DNA from: Alphaproteobacteria bacterium
GTDB taxonomy: Bacteria > Pseudomonadota > Alphaproteobacteria > Micropepsales > Micropepsaceae
Length of the DNA: 64,000 bases
Direction of reading: 5' to 3'
Assembly (NCBI GenBank): GCA_041690975.1
Contig: JBEPVO010000001.1
Location: 811-64,810 of the forward strand
The translations under genes were made by a program, and so were the position numbers. Below, piece after piece: positions 9,708 to 19,196 of the stretch. How positions within the stretch are numbered: the stretch's first letter is position 1; every line of letters begins with the position of its first letter. The notes beneath the pieces were generated by a model that ran no database searches, was not told the DNA's origin, and worked only from the letters and a program-made list of their open reading frames with translations.

Positions 9708-11222
9708 ATGACCGTCGTTGCGGGCGTCGATTTCGGAACGGCGAGCGTCAGGGTCTCGATCATCGACAGCGAGCGTGGGCGGCTGGGCTTCGGCACCGCG
9801 CCTTATCCGGTCCTGCGCAACCGCGACGACGCCAATTTCGCCACCCAGCGTCATGATGATCATTGCCGGGCGTTGGAAGCCGCATTCCAGGCGGCCTTGG
9901 CGAATGCCGGTGTAAAGGGGTCTCTGATCGAAGCGCTGGCGCTGGACACCACCGGATCGACGGTGGTTCCGGTCGACGAGCAGCTCAAGCCGCTGGATGA
10001 TTATTATCTGTGGTGCGACCACCGTGCCTGGCGCGAAGCCGCCGAGATCACGGCCAAGGCGCGGGAACGCAAACTTGCGGCGCTGGACTGGTCCGGAGGC
10101 ACTTATTCTTCGGAATGGGGTTTCGCGAAGCTGCTGCACTGGCTGCGTCATAATCCTGAGGCGCGGCCACGCTTTCATACCGCCCTGGAACATTGCGACC
10201 TGATGGTGGCGACGCTCTGCGGGATCAAGGATGCATCCGAGCTGCCCCGCTCGATCTGCGCCATGGGCCACAAATGGATGTGGAACGAGGCGCTGGGCGG
10301 GCTGCCGTCCGACGCCTTCCTGTCCTCGGTCGATCCCTTGCTGGCCGGTGTGCGCCAGCGTCTGGACGGACGCTATCGGACTTCAAGCGCCATCGCCGGC
10401 GGTCTGTCGGACGAATGGGCCGCGCGCCTCGGCCTTAAGCCGGGCATTCCTGTTCCGGTGGGCGCGCTGGATGCACATTGGGACGCTATCGGCGCCGGTT
10501 GCCAGCTCGGCGATGTGGTGAATGTCATCGGCACTTCGACCTGCATCATGGCGCTTTCAGACGAGGCTCGGCTTATTCCGGGCGTCTCTGGCATCGTCCA
10601 GGGCTCCATTCATCCCGACAAGCTCGGCATCGAGGCGGGCCTGTCGGCGGTGGGCAGCCTGTTCGATGCCATTGCGCTGCGCGCCAATGCCTCGATCGCT
10701 GATCTGATGGGTGGGATACAGAAGCATGTTGCCGGTCAGACCGGTCTGCTGCGTTTCGCCTGGGATGATGGCGACCGGTCGGTGCTGGTTGATCCCAGGC
10801 TCTCCGGCATCACGATGGGGTGGCGGCTGAATCATACCGCCGCCGATGAGCTGTTCGCGGCGATCGAAGGCACGGCATTCCACACCCGGATCATTCTCGA
10901 CCGGATGCATGACTATGGCACGCCCATCAACCGGGTGATCCATGGCGGCGGAATCCCCCAGCGCAATGAGGTGCTCAATCGCGTCTATGCCGATGTGCTG
11001 AACAAGCCGATCCTGGTCCCCGACAAGGATACGACAAGCCTGGGCTCGGCGATCTTCGCGTTTCTGGCGGCAGGAGCTTTCAAGTCGGTCGAAGACGCGC
11101 AGGCAGCTTTCTCGCCGGGATATCGCGTGATCGAGCCCAACGCGCGCCATGTGGGGATTTACGAGGATCTTTTCGGGAAATTCCGGGAGCTCTATTTCTC
11201 CCTGGGGCAGAAACCCCATTAG
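9708..11222 (+). CDS. FGGY-family carbohydrate kinase, ribulokinase-like
   Basis: GVDFGTASVR, DTTGST, LWCDHRA, YSSEW, CAMGHK, DAH, GTSTC, EAGLSAVG, GGGI. Confidence 0.85.
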   Translation: MTVVAGVDFGTASVRVSIIDSERGRLGFGTAPYPVLRNRDDANFATQRHDDHCRALEAAFQAALANAGVKGSLIEALALDTTGSTVVPVDEQLKPLDDYYLWCDHRAWREAAEITAKARERKLAALDWSGGTYSSEWGFAKLLHWLRHNPEARPRFHTALEHCDLMVATLCGIKDASELPRSICAMGHKWMWNEALGGLPSDAFLSSVDPLLAGVRQRLDGRYRTSSAIAGGLSDEWAARLGLKPGIPVPVGALDAHWDAIGAGCQLGDVVNVIGTSTCIMALSDEARLIPGVSGIVQGSIHPDKLGIEAGLSAVGSLFDAIALRANASIADLMGGIQKHVAGQTGLLRFAWDDGDRSVLVDPRLSGITMGWRLNHTAADELFAAIEGTAFHTRIILDRMHDYGTPINRVIHGGGIPQRNEVLNRVYADVLNKPILVPDKDTTSLGSAIFAFLAAGAFKSVEDAQAAFSPGYRVIEPNARHVGIYEDLFGKFRELYFSLGQKPH

Positions 11223-11328
11223 CTTTGCTGTCATATCGGCGAAGCGGTCGATTGAGGCTTGCCCCCACGCCATTCTCCGCTAGAAAGGCAGCCTGCGAAT
11301 GCCTTCAAATCGGCTTCAGGGAAAACAG

Positions 11329-11886
11329 ATGAGCAAGTCCGCCACCATCGCGAATATTATTCCCGTTTCGTTGCGATCCGTCGCGACTGTCATTGGCGGC
11401 GTGGCGCTGTTGACTTTGAGCGCCAAGATCCAGATTCCGTTCTGGCCGGTTCCCCTGAATCTGCAAACAATGGCCGTGATGGCGTTGGCCATCGGGCTTG
11501 GCCCCCGCCTTGCGGTGGCGAGTTTCGCGGCCTATCTCGCCACCGGCGCGTCCGGATTGCCGGTCTTCGCCGGATCGCCCGAGCGCGGGTTGGGAATTGC
11601 TTATCTGGCCGGACCCACGGGCGGCTATCTGATCGGCATGCTGGTGGCATCCTGGTTGACGGGCACGCTCGGTGCCGGCCGTGGCCTTGTCGCCCGGTCG
11701 GGCGCGATGCTGGCTGGAATAGCGGTCATTTATGGCCTGGGCGTCGCCTGGCTTGCTTTGTATGTGCCCGCTCCCCGGTTGCTGGCGGAAGGCATTGCGC
11801 CCTTCATGCTCGGCGACCTGCTCAAAATCGGTATCGTCGCGGCGGGCACGTCGCTGTTTTCCAGCCTGCGCCGTCACGCTCAGTAA
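11329..11886 (+). CDS. bioY: Biotin transporter BioY
   Basis: PVPLNLQT, GLPVFAG, GPTGGYLIG, PFMLGDLLK; hydrophobic throughout. Confidence 0.92.
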   Translation: MSKSATIANIIPVSLRSVATVIGGVALLTLSAKIQIPFWPVPLNLQTMAVMALAIGLGPRLAVASFAAYLATGASGLPVFAGSPERGLGIAYLAGPTGGYLIGMLVASWLTGTLGAGRGLVARSGAMLAGIAVIYGLGVAWLALYVPAPRLLAEGIAPFMLGDLLKIGIVAAGTSLFSSLRRHAQ

Positions 11887-11904
11887 GGTCGGATCGTCTC
11901 CGAT

Positions 11905-13062
11905 CTAAGGCGTGATCCAATCGCCCAGCGGCACAAAGCGGCTCTGGCGCAGTTCGCAGACAAAGCCGGCCTGCTGCGCATGGTGGTTGGCTTTGGAAAA
12001 AGTCACCGGCGGAAAGATGCCGCCCGAATCCCATTTCCTGATGGTTTCCATTGCATCGATGAAAGATTCGCGCGTTGGGTTGGACCCGGCGCGCCGCAAG
12101 CCTTCGACCACCATCTGTCCGAAGGCGTAGCCGTATAGGGAATAGCGGTTCAGCTTTTCGCCGGGGAAATAGCGGCCCATCAGGCGGCGATATTCGGCGA
12201 TCCCTGGGGCATCGGACTGGTTGGGATCCGGATAATAGCAAAGGCCCAAACTGCCTTCGGCATAGCCGCCGGGCACATTGAGATATTCCTCATCGGTGAG
12301 GGGGCCGGTGGAGACCATGCGGACATCTTTCCAGTCCAGCCGCGCCTTGGCTTCCATCACCCGCTTGGCCTGGGGCGGATAGAGCGCCATCACGATGGCG
12401 TCCGGCTTGGTCTCGCGCAGGCGCTGCATCTGTGCCGTCAGATCGGTGGGCAGTGTCTGCTCTACCGGCTCCTCTCCCGCCACGACATAGCCGTCGGCGG
12501 CGGCAAGCGTCCGCAACTTGTCGCGGAAAAACTGACCATAAGCATTGGGATCGTAGAGTATGGCGATGCGCTTCATGCCGCGGTCGCGGGCGAGATAGCG
12601 ATACATCATTCGCGTCTCGCCATCATAATGCGGAAAAGACGTGAAGACATAGCGGGCGTCGTCCATGTCCACCAAGCCGGTATGGGGAAACATGTAAGGC
12701 AGCTTGTGGGTCATCGCGAAAGGCGCGATCTGCATCGAAGCGGTGCCGCCGTGATTCCACAGCAGCAGCACATGATCCTCATCGGCCAGGCGTGCGACAT
12801 GGGCCAGGACTTCGGCATCGCCCGCTGCGCCGGACTGGGTGCGGCCATAGCTGCGCTCGACCAGTTTATGGCCATTGATGCCGCCCGCATCATTGACCTC
12901 ACGGATCACAAGCCGCATGCCGAGATTTTCCGCCGTCCCGGATGGCGAGAGGGCGGAGGGCGCTTCAATTCCGATCACGATATCGCTGGCCGGCGCGTCG
13001 GCGGCCATGGCGTTCGTCGCCAGCACAAGGCCCGCCGCCAACAGCAGAAATCGCATGGTCAT
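11905..13062 (-). CDS. ABC substrate-binding protein, LivK/branched-chain amino acid family (orphan)
   Basis: Signal peptide MRFLLLAAG...AMA; EVNDAGGING, KRIAILY, PDAIVM, YGYAFG, GSNPTRESFIDAME. Confidence 0.85.
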   Translation of the reverse strand: MTMRFLLLAAGLVLATNAMAADAPASDIVIGIEAPSALSPSGTAENLGMRLVIREVNDAGGINGHKLVERSYGRTQSGAAGDAEVLAHVARLADEDHVLLLWNHGGTASMQIAPFAMTHKLPYMFPHTGLVDMDDARYVFTSFPHYDGETRMMYRYLARDRGMKRIAILYDPNAYGQFFRDKLRTLAAADGYVVAGEEPVEQTLPTDLTAQMQRLRETKPDAIVMALYPPQAKRVMEAKARLDWKDVRMVSTGPLTDEEYLNVPGGYAEGSLGLCYYPDPNQSDAPGIAEYRRLMGRYFPGEKLNRYSLYGYAFGQMVVEGLRRAGSNPTRESFIDAMETIRKWDSGGIFPPVTFSKANHHAQQAGFVCELRQSRFVPLGDWITP

Positions 13063-13144
13063 GGTTTTCCCCGGCCGGGAAAGTGGACCATGATCCTGCC
13101 CGCCCTGGCAAATGGTCCGAACGGGATGGCCGGAGCGACCTTGA

Positions 13145-14401
13145 TCAGGCAACCGATTCGGCAAGCCGCAGAGTTTCTTCCTCGGCCGATATGCGCACCG
13201 CGGCGTTGATGGCCGACTGCTCCAGAACCCCCGGCAGATGCCAGCGACCTTCCGGCCGGATGATCAGATAAGGGTCATCGCCGATCGCCAACGCATTGGC
13301 GTCGCGCTCGATATCGGCGACCACTTCGACATAGTCATAGCCGGAAAACACGAAGCCCTTACCGCCCTCAAGGACCTGGAAGCCGAAGCGTTTCCAGAAA
13401 TCCACCAGCCGGGTTTGCGAATGGGCATAGATCCGCCCATAGCCTTTCTTCTGGCAGAATTTGAAGGCAGCGCGGACCAGCTGGAATGCAGCCCGCGACT
13501 TGCGGAATTCCTTGCGGATGGCGAGCCGTTCCAGTTTCGCGAAATCGGCAAAGAAGCGAAGACGCAAACACCCGATCGGCTCGTCGCCTATATAGGCGAG
13601 CAGATGGGTGGCCGAAAGATCGTTGCCGTCATACTCCTCGTAATAGGGGCATTCCTGTTCGCCCATATAGACCACATTGCGGATCGAGGCGACGCGCATC
13701 ATGTCTTCAAATGTGCGGGCAACGGTCACGCCGATATCCCGATTGGCGGCGCCCGGAACGTAGCTATCGTATAACGGCGCGGGGGGCGTGCGGGAAAACA
13801 CCCAGATGTTCGGCGCAGATATGGGGCCGATCTGCACGCCTTGCGTTAGCCCGAGCGTTTCATTGAAACGCTGGCCCAGATCCGTGTTCGGTCTGGAATA
13901 GAGATTGACACCCGCATAGCGTGGCGCGGCCATTTCTTCCATGAAAAGCGCCATTCCGGCCGCCAAAGGCCCCGGAGCGAAAACACACCACATATATATG
14001 CCGGCTGGGCGTTCATGCGGTTTTGCGAGCAGTCGGAAATCGGGATCGGGACCGTTGATGGTGCCCAGCGCCAGTTGCAGTAATCCGATTTCGTTCAGCG
14101 GCAGAATCAGGATGAAACCATCCCCTTCCGGCGCGGCTGGATTGAATTTGGATTTGCGTGCAACCGCAAACATATGGCCGAGACCGTGGCGCAGCACGTT
14201 TTGAATGGTTTCCGTCTTGCCCAGGCCTGGAATGCTGAGACGGGCCTTGGCCATCAGGTCCGCGATACCGGCGTCATCGGGGCGAAACAGAACCAGATGC
14301 CGGGCGACGCGGCTGGCGTCCAGTTCATCCAACTTGTGTTTTCCATGCCGCGCGCTGATGGCGTGGTCTTCCTGGATCAGTTCTCTCTGAGGCAGTGACA
14401 T
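13145..14401 (-). CDS. Two-domain GNAT-family N-acyltransferase (paralog of 32593-33822)
   Basis: C-terminal ElaA/YjcF-like GNAT (IRNVVYMGEQECP, EEYDGND, AKLERLAIRKEFR, FWKRFGF) preceded by a degenerate GNAT-like domain. Confidence 0.8.
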   Translation of the reverse strand: MSLPQRELIQEDHAISARHGKHKLDELDASRVARHLVLFRPDDAGIADLMAKARLSIPGLGKTETIQNVLRHGLGHMFAVARKSKFNPAAPEGDGFILILPLNEIGLLQLALGTINGPDPDFRLLAKPHERPAGIYMWCVFAPGPLAAGMALFMEEMAAPRYAGVNLYSRPNTDLGQRFNETLGLTQGVQIGPISAPNIWVFSRTPPAPLYDSYVPGAANRDIGVTVARTFEDMMRVASIRNVVYMGEQECPYYEEYDGNDLSATHLLAYIGDEPIGCLRLRFFADFAKLERLAIRKEFRKSRAAFQLVRAAFKFCQKKGYGRIYAHSQTRLVDFWKRFGFQVLEGGKGFVFSGYDYVEVVADIERDANALAIGDDPYLIIRPEGRWHLPGVLEQSAINAAVRISAEEETLRLAESVA

Positions 14402-14418
14402 GTTACCCGCCCTAGTTG

Positions 14419-14434
14419 TTAACGGCTCATAAAC
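14419..14434. promoter_or_regulatory. CtrA-like box TTAA-N7-TAAAC (1 mismatch)
   Basis: ttaa cggctca taaac, immediately upstream of the GNAT start. Confidence 0.35.
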
Positions 14435-14693
14435 CATAATTGCTTCGGGTAGGGAGATAAACACCCAATTGCCGGACAAGTTAATTGAACAGACGAAAGC
14501 GCGGGAAACACCGGCCGTTTACGCGGCACTGAACGTGAAGCTGCGGTCCGTGTGGAACCTTTGAGGTGAATGCGCACCGAAAGCCGGGAACGGGTGCGCG
14601 CATCGCAGTGCGGTAATTCGCTGCCGCTGCACTTAAGGCGGCTGCGTTTCCGCTTTTTTTACGATGCATGAACTACACAAAACGGCTCAAGGT

Positions 14694-14708
14694 TTACCGG
14701 CAATTTAA
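14694..14708. promoter_or_regulatory. CtrA-like box TTAC-N7-TTAA (1 mismatch)
   Basis: ttac cggcaat ttaa, about 70 bp upstream of the PAS gene start. Confidence 0.3.
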
Positions 14709-14778
14709 GTTTTCCGTCAAAAATTGGGACATGGATGTAATCGCAGCAGCCAGGACTCTCAACCGGAAGGCAGTTCAG

Positions 14779-15303
14779 ATGAACTGGCATCACTTCTGCG
14801 ATCCCACTTTGGCGTTCGTTGACCCCGGGTATGAGCATCTTCTCCAGTTGTGGCGCACCAAATCAGGAAATCGCAAAATGCCGACACGTTCCGATCTGAC
14901 CCCGCGAGACCTCAAGGACATATTGCGCAATATCCTCTTGCTCGAGAAAACCGCTGACAATCCGCGGCAATATCGCTGGCGCCTGATCGGTACGGCGCTG
15001 ACAAGCGTTCTTGGCGAAAACACCGGCAAGACGTTTGAGGAAAGCATTCCCGCGGAACATTTGCCGCGCTGGCTGGATTGCGCGAATCTGATTCTGGAAG
15101 GCGGTCAACCTCTACGCTTCTTGGGGCGCGTTCATTCGCAGGGCCGCGAATATCTGGACGCGGAAAACCTTTTCGTGCCGCTGGCGAACGACAATGGCGA
15201 GCCGACCTTTATCCTGGGGCAGTGTCGCTATACGCCCCGTCGTTCCGAGACCGAGGACATCTGGGAAAATCAGATGGCCTCGCTCCCCGGCGGCCTCCTC
15301 TAA
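14779..15303 (+). CDS. Stand-alone PAS_5-type domain protein
   Basis: LLQLWRTK..MPTRSDLTPRDLKDILRNILLLE..YRWRLIGT..ENLFVPLAND pattern; RBS GGAAGG before ATG 14779. Confidence 0.75.
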   Translation: MNWHHFCDPTLAFVDPGYEHLLQLWRTKSGNRKMPTRSDLTPRDLKDILRNILLLEKTADNPRQYRWRLIGTALTSVLGENTGKTFEESIPAEHLPRWLDCANLILEGGQPLRFLGRVHSQGREYLDAENLFVPLANDNGEPTFILGQCRYTPRRSETEDIWENQMASLPGGLL

Positions 15304-15475
15304 CGGCCACTGAGTGATCGATGCCTGCGCCGAAGGCGCGGTACAATACGCGAGCCTGTTCCAGCGATCGTCCAGCCTGGGCTGCTATTCCTTTGGCGAA
15401 TGTCTCATGGCATAAAGCATGACGGTCGTCGGCTTCGGCCGTTTGCTGGGGAGCATCCGTAATGCAGAGCTGCCA

Positions 15476-16744
15476 ATGAAAAATTCCGCCGCGCCGGTAT
15501 CTGCGTTTCCTTTCTATTATGGCTGGGCGATCCTGGCGGCTTCCGCGGTGTCCGAACTGCTGGTCCAGGGCGCGACCAGCTATGCGGCCGGTTTGTTTGT
15601 CCTGCCCTTGCAGGCGGAATTTCATCTGTCGCGCGCCAATGCCAGCAGCCCGGTGCTGATTCTGTTTTTGGGGGCTGCGCTGGTGTCGCCTTTCGTGGGT
15701 CGCGCTCTCGACCGGTATCCCATTCGCCTTGTGGTGTCGCTGGGTGCGGTCATATTCAGCCTTGCACTGATGGTCATCGCCACCACCAATTCTCTTTGGC
15801 TGATGGCGCTGATGCTCCTGCTGCCGGCGGCTGTCGGTTTTATGAGTCTGGGTCCCCTGACCACGGCCGCTCTTGCGTCGCGCTGGTTTTACCGGCGCCG
15901 AGGGCTTGCCCTTGGTATCGCCGCGGTGGCGACGTCCGGTGGCGGCTTCGTCGTTGTTCCTTTGCTCAGTCGGGCGATCCAGCAAGATGGCTGGCGCCTC
16001 GCGTTGATCTATGAAGCCGCGGCAATGGCGGTCATCATCATTGGGCTGGCCCTGCTGGTTCTGCGCGACAGGCCTTCCGACGTCGGCCTTGCCGGACACC
16101 CGGAAAATCTCGGCTGGGATGGAGGTGTGACGCCGTCAAAGCCGTCCGGCGTGGCGTCGTCCCGCTTGTCCTGGCAGGATATTCTGTCAAGCCGGGCCTT
16201 CTGGGTGCCTAGCATGGTTCTGGCAATGGTGTCAGGCACCGCCCAGGCTTTGGTGGTTACGTTGGTGCCCTATGCGATCGGGCTGCACTTCTCCGCGCCT
16301 TCCGCGGCAGCGATGATTTCCGCCTTTGCGATATCGGCGGCGATTACCAAGGTGTCCGCCGGCGTGCTCGCGGACTATATCAATCAAAGATTTTTGCTGA
16401 TCGCGGCCGCGCTGCTCATGACGCTATCCTGGCTCACCCTGGGCCTTTTCGCGAGCTATGAAGCACTCTTCACCAGCAGTTGCATGGGAGGTGTCGCACT
16501 TGGTTGTGCCTTGCCGACTGTGGCCGGGTTGATCGCGGCGCATTTCGGTCCCGCCAAGTTCGGCGCCGTGATGGGCTGGACATATGCATTCGTTGCCGCG
16601 TTTGCGATAGCGGCGACGCGGATCATCGGCGAGCTGTATGATATTTTTGGCGGCTATCACGCCGCGTTCCTGATTTTCTTTGCGCTGCTGGGGTGCCTGT
16701 TCCTGGCAACTCTTCTCTTCGCACCGTCTCGTAAAGCAGCGTGA
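15476..16744 (+). CDS. MFS transporter
   Basis: About 12 TM helices; FYYGWAIL, GRALDRYPIR, RWFYRRRGLALGI, AGVLADY. Confidence 0.9.
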   Translation: MKNSAAPVSAFPFYYGWAILAASAVSELLVQGATSYAAGLFVLPLQAEFHLSRANASSPVLILFLGAALVSPFVGRALDRYPIRLVVSLGAVIFSLALMVIATTNSLWLMALMLLLPAAVGFMSLGPLTTAALASRWFYRRRGLALGIAAVATSGGGFVVVPLLSRAIQQDGWRLALIYEAAAMAVIIIGLALLVLRDRPSDVGLAGHPENLGWDGGVTPSKPSGVASSRLSWQDILSSRAFWVPSMVLAMVSGTAQALVVTLVPYAIGLHFSAPSAAAMISAFAISAAITKVSAGVLADYINQRFLLIAAALLMTLSWLTLGLFASYEALFTSSCMGGVALGCALPTVAGLIAAHFGPAKFGAVMGWTYAFVAAFAIAATRIIGELYDIFGGYHAAFLIFFALLGCLFLATLLFAPSRKAA

Positions 16745-17829
16745 GTCCGCCCGCAGACGTGGAGAACTACACGCTCCGGGAGATATTCCAGCAGCCGGCG
16801 CTGTGGGCCACCACACTTGCGCGTGTCGATGCGGCATCGGCACAGCTTGATCTGCGAAAGCGGCTGGCGGGAAAACGGGTTCTGCTGACCGGCGCCGGCA
16901 CGTCTGCCTATGCCGCCAGCGCCGTCGCGGTCGCGGGGCCGAATTGTATTTCCGTCCCCACCACGGACCTGCTGATCGACACGGAACGCCATCTGGCGGG
17001 GGTCGATGCAGTGATCTCGCTGGCTCGCTCCGGTGGAAGCCCGGAAAGCGCCGCGGTGGTGGAACGGGTTCGCGCCGTACGGCCCGATACACTTCAGCTT
17101 GCCATCACCTGCAATCCGCAGAGCCCGCTCACGCGCTCTGCATTGGACGGCATCATATTTCTCGATCCCCGGACAAACGACCGCAGCCTGGTGATGACCA
17201 GTTCCTTCTCAAACCTCGTGCTGGCTGGCCAGGGGCTTTTCCAGCGCGAGGCTGTCGGCGCGGCAGTGGACGATTGCGGCGCGCGGGCTCGATCTCTGTT
17301 GCCCGCGATCGATCAGGCTTGCCGCGCCATCGCTGGGCAGGTCCGCGACCGGATCGTCATGCTGTCCTCATCGCCGCTGCAGGCCTGGGGCCAGGAAGCC
17401 GGGCTCAAATCCCTGGAGATGGTGGCGGGCGCATTTCCCGTCGTGACCGAAACATTCCTGGGCTTGCGACACGGCCCCATGTCTTTCGTCCGAGGCGACA
17501 CGCTGGTCCTCGCGCTTCTCTCAAGCGATCCGCTGCGGCGCTTGTACGAACAGGATCTCTTGCGTGAGCTGCGCGCCAAGAAGATCGGCTATCTGGTCGG
17601 CATCACCGATATCGACAAGCCGGACGAATTGTTCGATGCCGTCATTCCCGCCATGGCACCGGGTCTGCCGGATGAGTTGCGCACGCCATTCGAGATCGTC
17701 GCGGCCCAGCTCTTCGGTTATCACCTCGCTCTGTCCCGGGGCATCGATCCGGACAATCCCAGTCCCGGCGGCGTAATCAACCGGGTGGTGCGGGGCGTCA
17801 CGATCCATCCTGCGCGGCAGACGCGATGA
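16741..17829 (+). CDS. Double-SIS sugar-phosphate isomerase/deaminase (AgaS-like)
   Basis: TLREIFQQP, LTGAGTSAY, ARSGGSPES, MTSSFS, GLRHGPMS, PDNPSPGGVINRVV. Confidence 0.85.
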   Translation: MSPPADVENYTLREIFQQPALWATTLARVDAASAQLDLRKRLAGKRVLLTGAGTSAYAASAVAVAGPNCISVPTTDLLIDTERHLAGVDAVISLARSGGSPESAAVVERVRAVRPDTLQLAITCNPQSPLTRSALDGIIFLDPRTNDRSLVMTSSFSNLVLAGQGLFQREAVGAAVDDCGARARSLLPAIDQACRAIAGQVRDRIVMLSSSPLQAWGQEAGLKSLEMVAGAFPVVTETFLGLRHGPMSFVRGDTLVLALLSSDPLRRLYEQDLLRELRAKKIGYLVGITDIDKPDELFDAVIPAMAPGLPDELRTPFEIVAAQLFGYHLALSRGIDPDNPSPGGVINRVVRGVTIHPARQTR

Positions 17830-19193
17830 GCGGCCAGCCGCATCTTCGCCGGACGCTGACCCTGTGGAATCTCATTTTTATCGGCATGGTGATCATCCAG
17901 CCGACGGCGCCCATGGGCATTTATGGCGTCATCAGCAACACGGCGCATGGCCATGTCGTCACCACGATCCTGATCGCCATGGTGGCGATGCTGTTCACTG
18001 CCATCAGCTATGGCCGCATGGCGCGGATCTATCCCAGCGCGGGTTCTGCCTATACTTATGTGGGGCGCGAGATCCATCCTGCCCTGGGCTATGTCACCGG
18101 CTGGAGCATGGTGATGGATTATCTGCTCAATCCCCTGATCTGCACGGCCTTCTCGGCCAAAGCCGCCATGAACATCGTGCCTGGGATGCCATTCTATGCC
18201 TGGCTGATTGTCTTCGCGGGCTTTTTCACCTGGGTCAATCTGCACGGCATCCGCACATCGGCGAAGCTGAATGAAGTGCTCTGCGCCGCGATGGTGCTGG
18301 TGGTGCTGATTTTCTTCGGCGCGGTGGTGAATTATCTCTGGCGCATGAATCACGATGCGGCGTTCTTTCTGCACCCCTTTTACGAGGCGCAGAGCTTCAA
18401 GGCCGACAGCATATTCGCAGGCACTTCCGTTGCGGTCCTGACCTATATCGGCTTCGACGCGATATCGACGCTCTCCGAGGAAGCGGAAAATCCGCGCCGC
18501 AATGTCCTGCTCGCCACCGTGCTGGTATGCCTGTTTGCGGGTGTGCTGTCCGGGTTGGAGGTTTATGCGGCCCAGTTGGTTTGGGGATCAAAGCCATTTC
18601 CTCCCGCCCAGATCGAATCTGCCTTCGCGATGGTGTCGCAACAGGTCGGCGGCTTTCTTTTGTATCAGGTAATGAATTTCACGTTGCTGATCGCGAATAT
18701 GGGGACGGCGATCGCGGCGCAGCTCGCTGCGGGACGCTTGCTCTACGGCATGGGCAAGGGCAACGCGCTGCCAAAGTCTTTTTTTGGCGTCATCGAGCCG
18801 CGTAACCGCGTGCCGCGCAACGGCATCATTCTGGTCGGCGTGCTGGCGATGGTCGGCGCGGCGACCATGGAATTCTTTTCCGACAGCTTGGGCGGTAGTG
18901 CCTATGCCGTGGGCGCCCAGGCGCTCAATTTCGGCGCCTTCATCGCCTTCATGGGCGTCAATGCGGCGTCCTTCGTGCATTATTGGTGGCGGGGCGAAAG
19001 CCGCACCTGGAGTCACTTTCTGGTGCCGGTGCTGGGATTCCTGATCTGCGGCTTTATCTGGGTTCATCTGAGCCGCGCCGCCATGATACTGGGCGCGGTC
19101 TGGATGACGGCAGGAATTGCGTATGGCGCGATCCGAACCAGGGGCTTTCGCTCCGACCTGGTCAGTTTCGATCTGCCCCCGGAAGACGCCTGA
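17826..19193 (+). CDS. APC-family permease (amino acid/polyamine/amino-sugar)
   Basis: LRRTLTL, SYGRMARIYPSAGSAYTY, YIGFDAISTLSEE, RLLYGMG; about 12 TM helices. Confidence 0.9.
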   Translation: MSGQPHLRRTLTLWNLIFIGMVIIQPTAPMGIYGVISNTAHGHVVTTILIAMVAMLFTAISYGRMARIYPSAGSAYTYVGREIHPALGYVTGWSMVMDYLLNPLICTAFSAKAAMNIVPGMPFYAWLIVFAGFFTWVNLHGIRTSAKLNEVLCAAMVLVVLIFFGAVVNYLWRMNHDAAFFLHPFYEAQSFKADSIFAGTSVAVLTYIGFDAISTLSEEAENPRRNVLLATVLVCLFAGVLSGLEVYAAQLVWGSKPFPPAQIESAFAMVSQQVGGFLLYQVMNFTLLIANMGTAIAAQLAAGRLLYGMGKGNALPKSFFGVIEPRNRVPRNGIILVGVLAMVGAATMEFFSDSLGGSAYAVGAQALNFGAFIAFMGVNAASFVHYWWRGESRTWSHFLVPVLGFLICGFIWVHLSRAAMILGAVWMTAGIAYGAIRTRGFRSDLVSFDLPPEDA

Positions 19194-19196
19194 CGC

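Noticed and set aside
11329-11886. Solitary bioY without an ECF module
   Set aside because: Solitary BioY is well known in proteobacteria.
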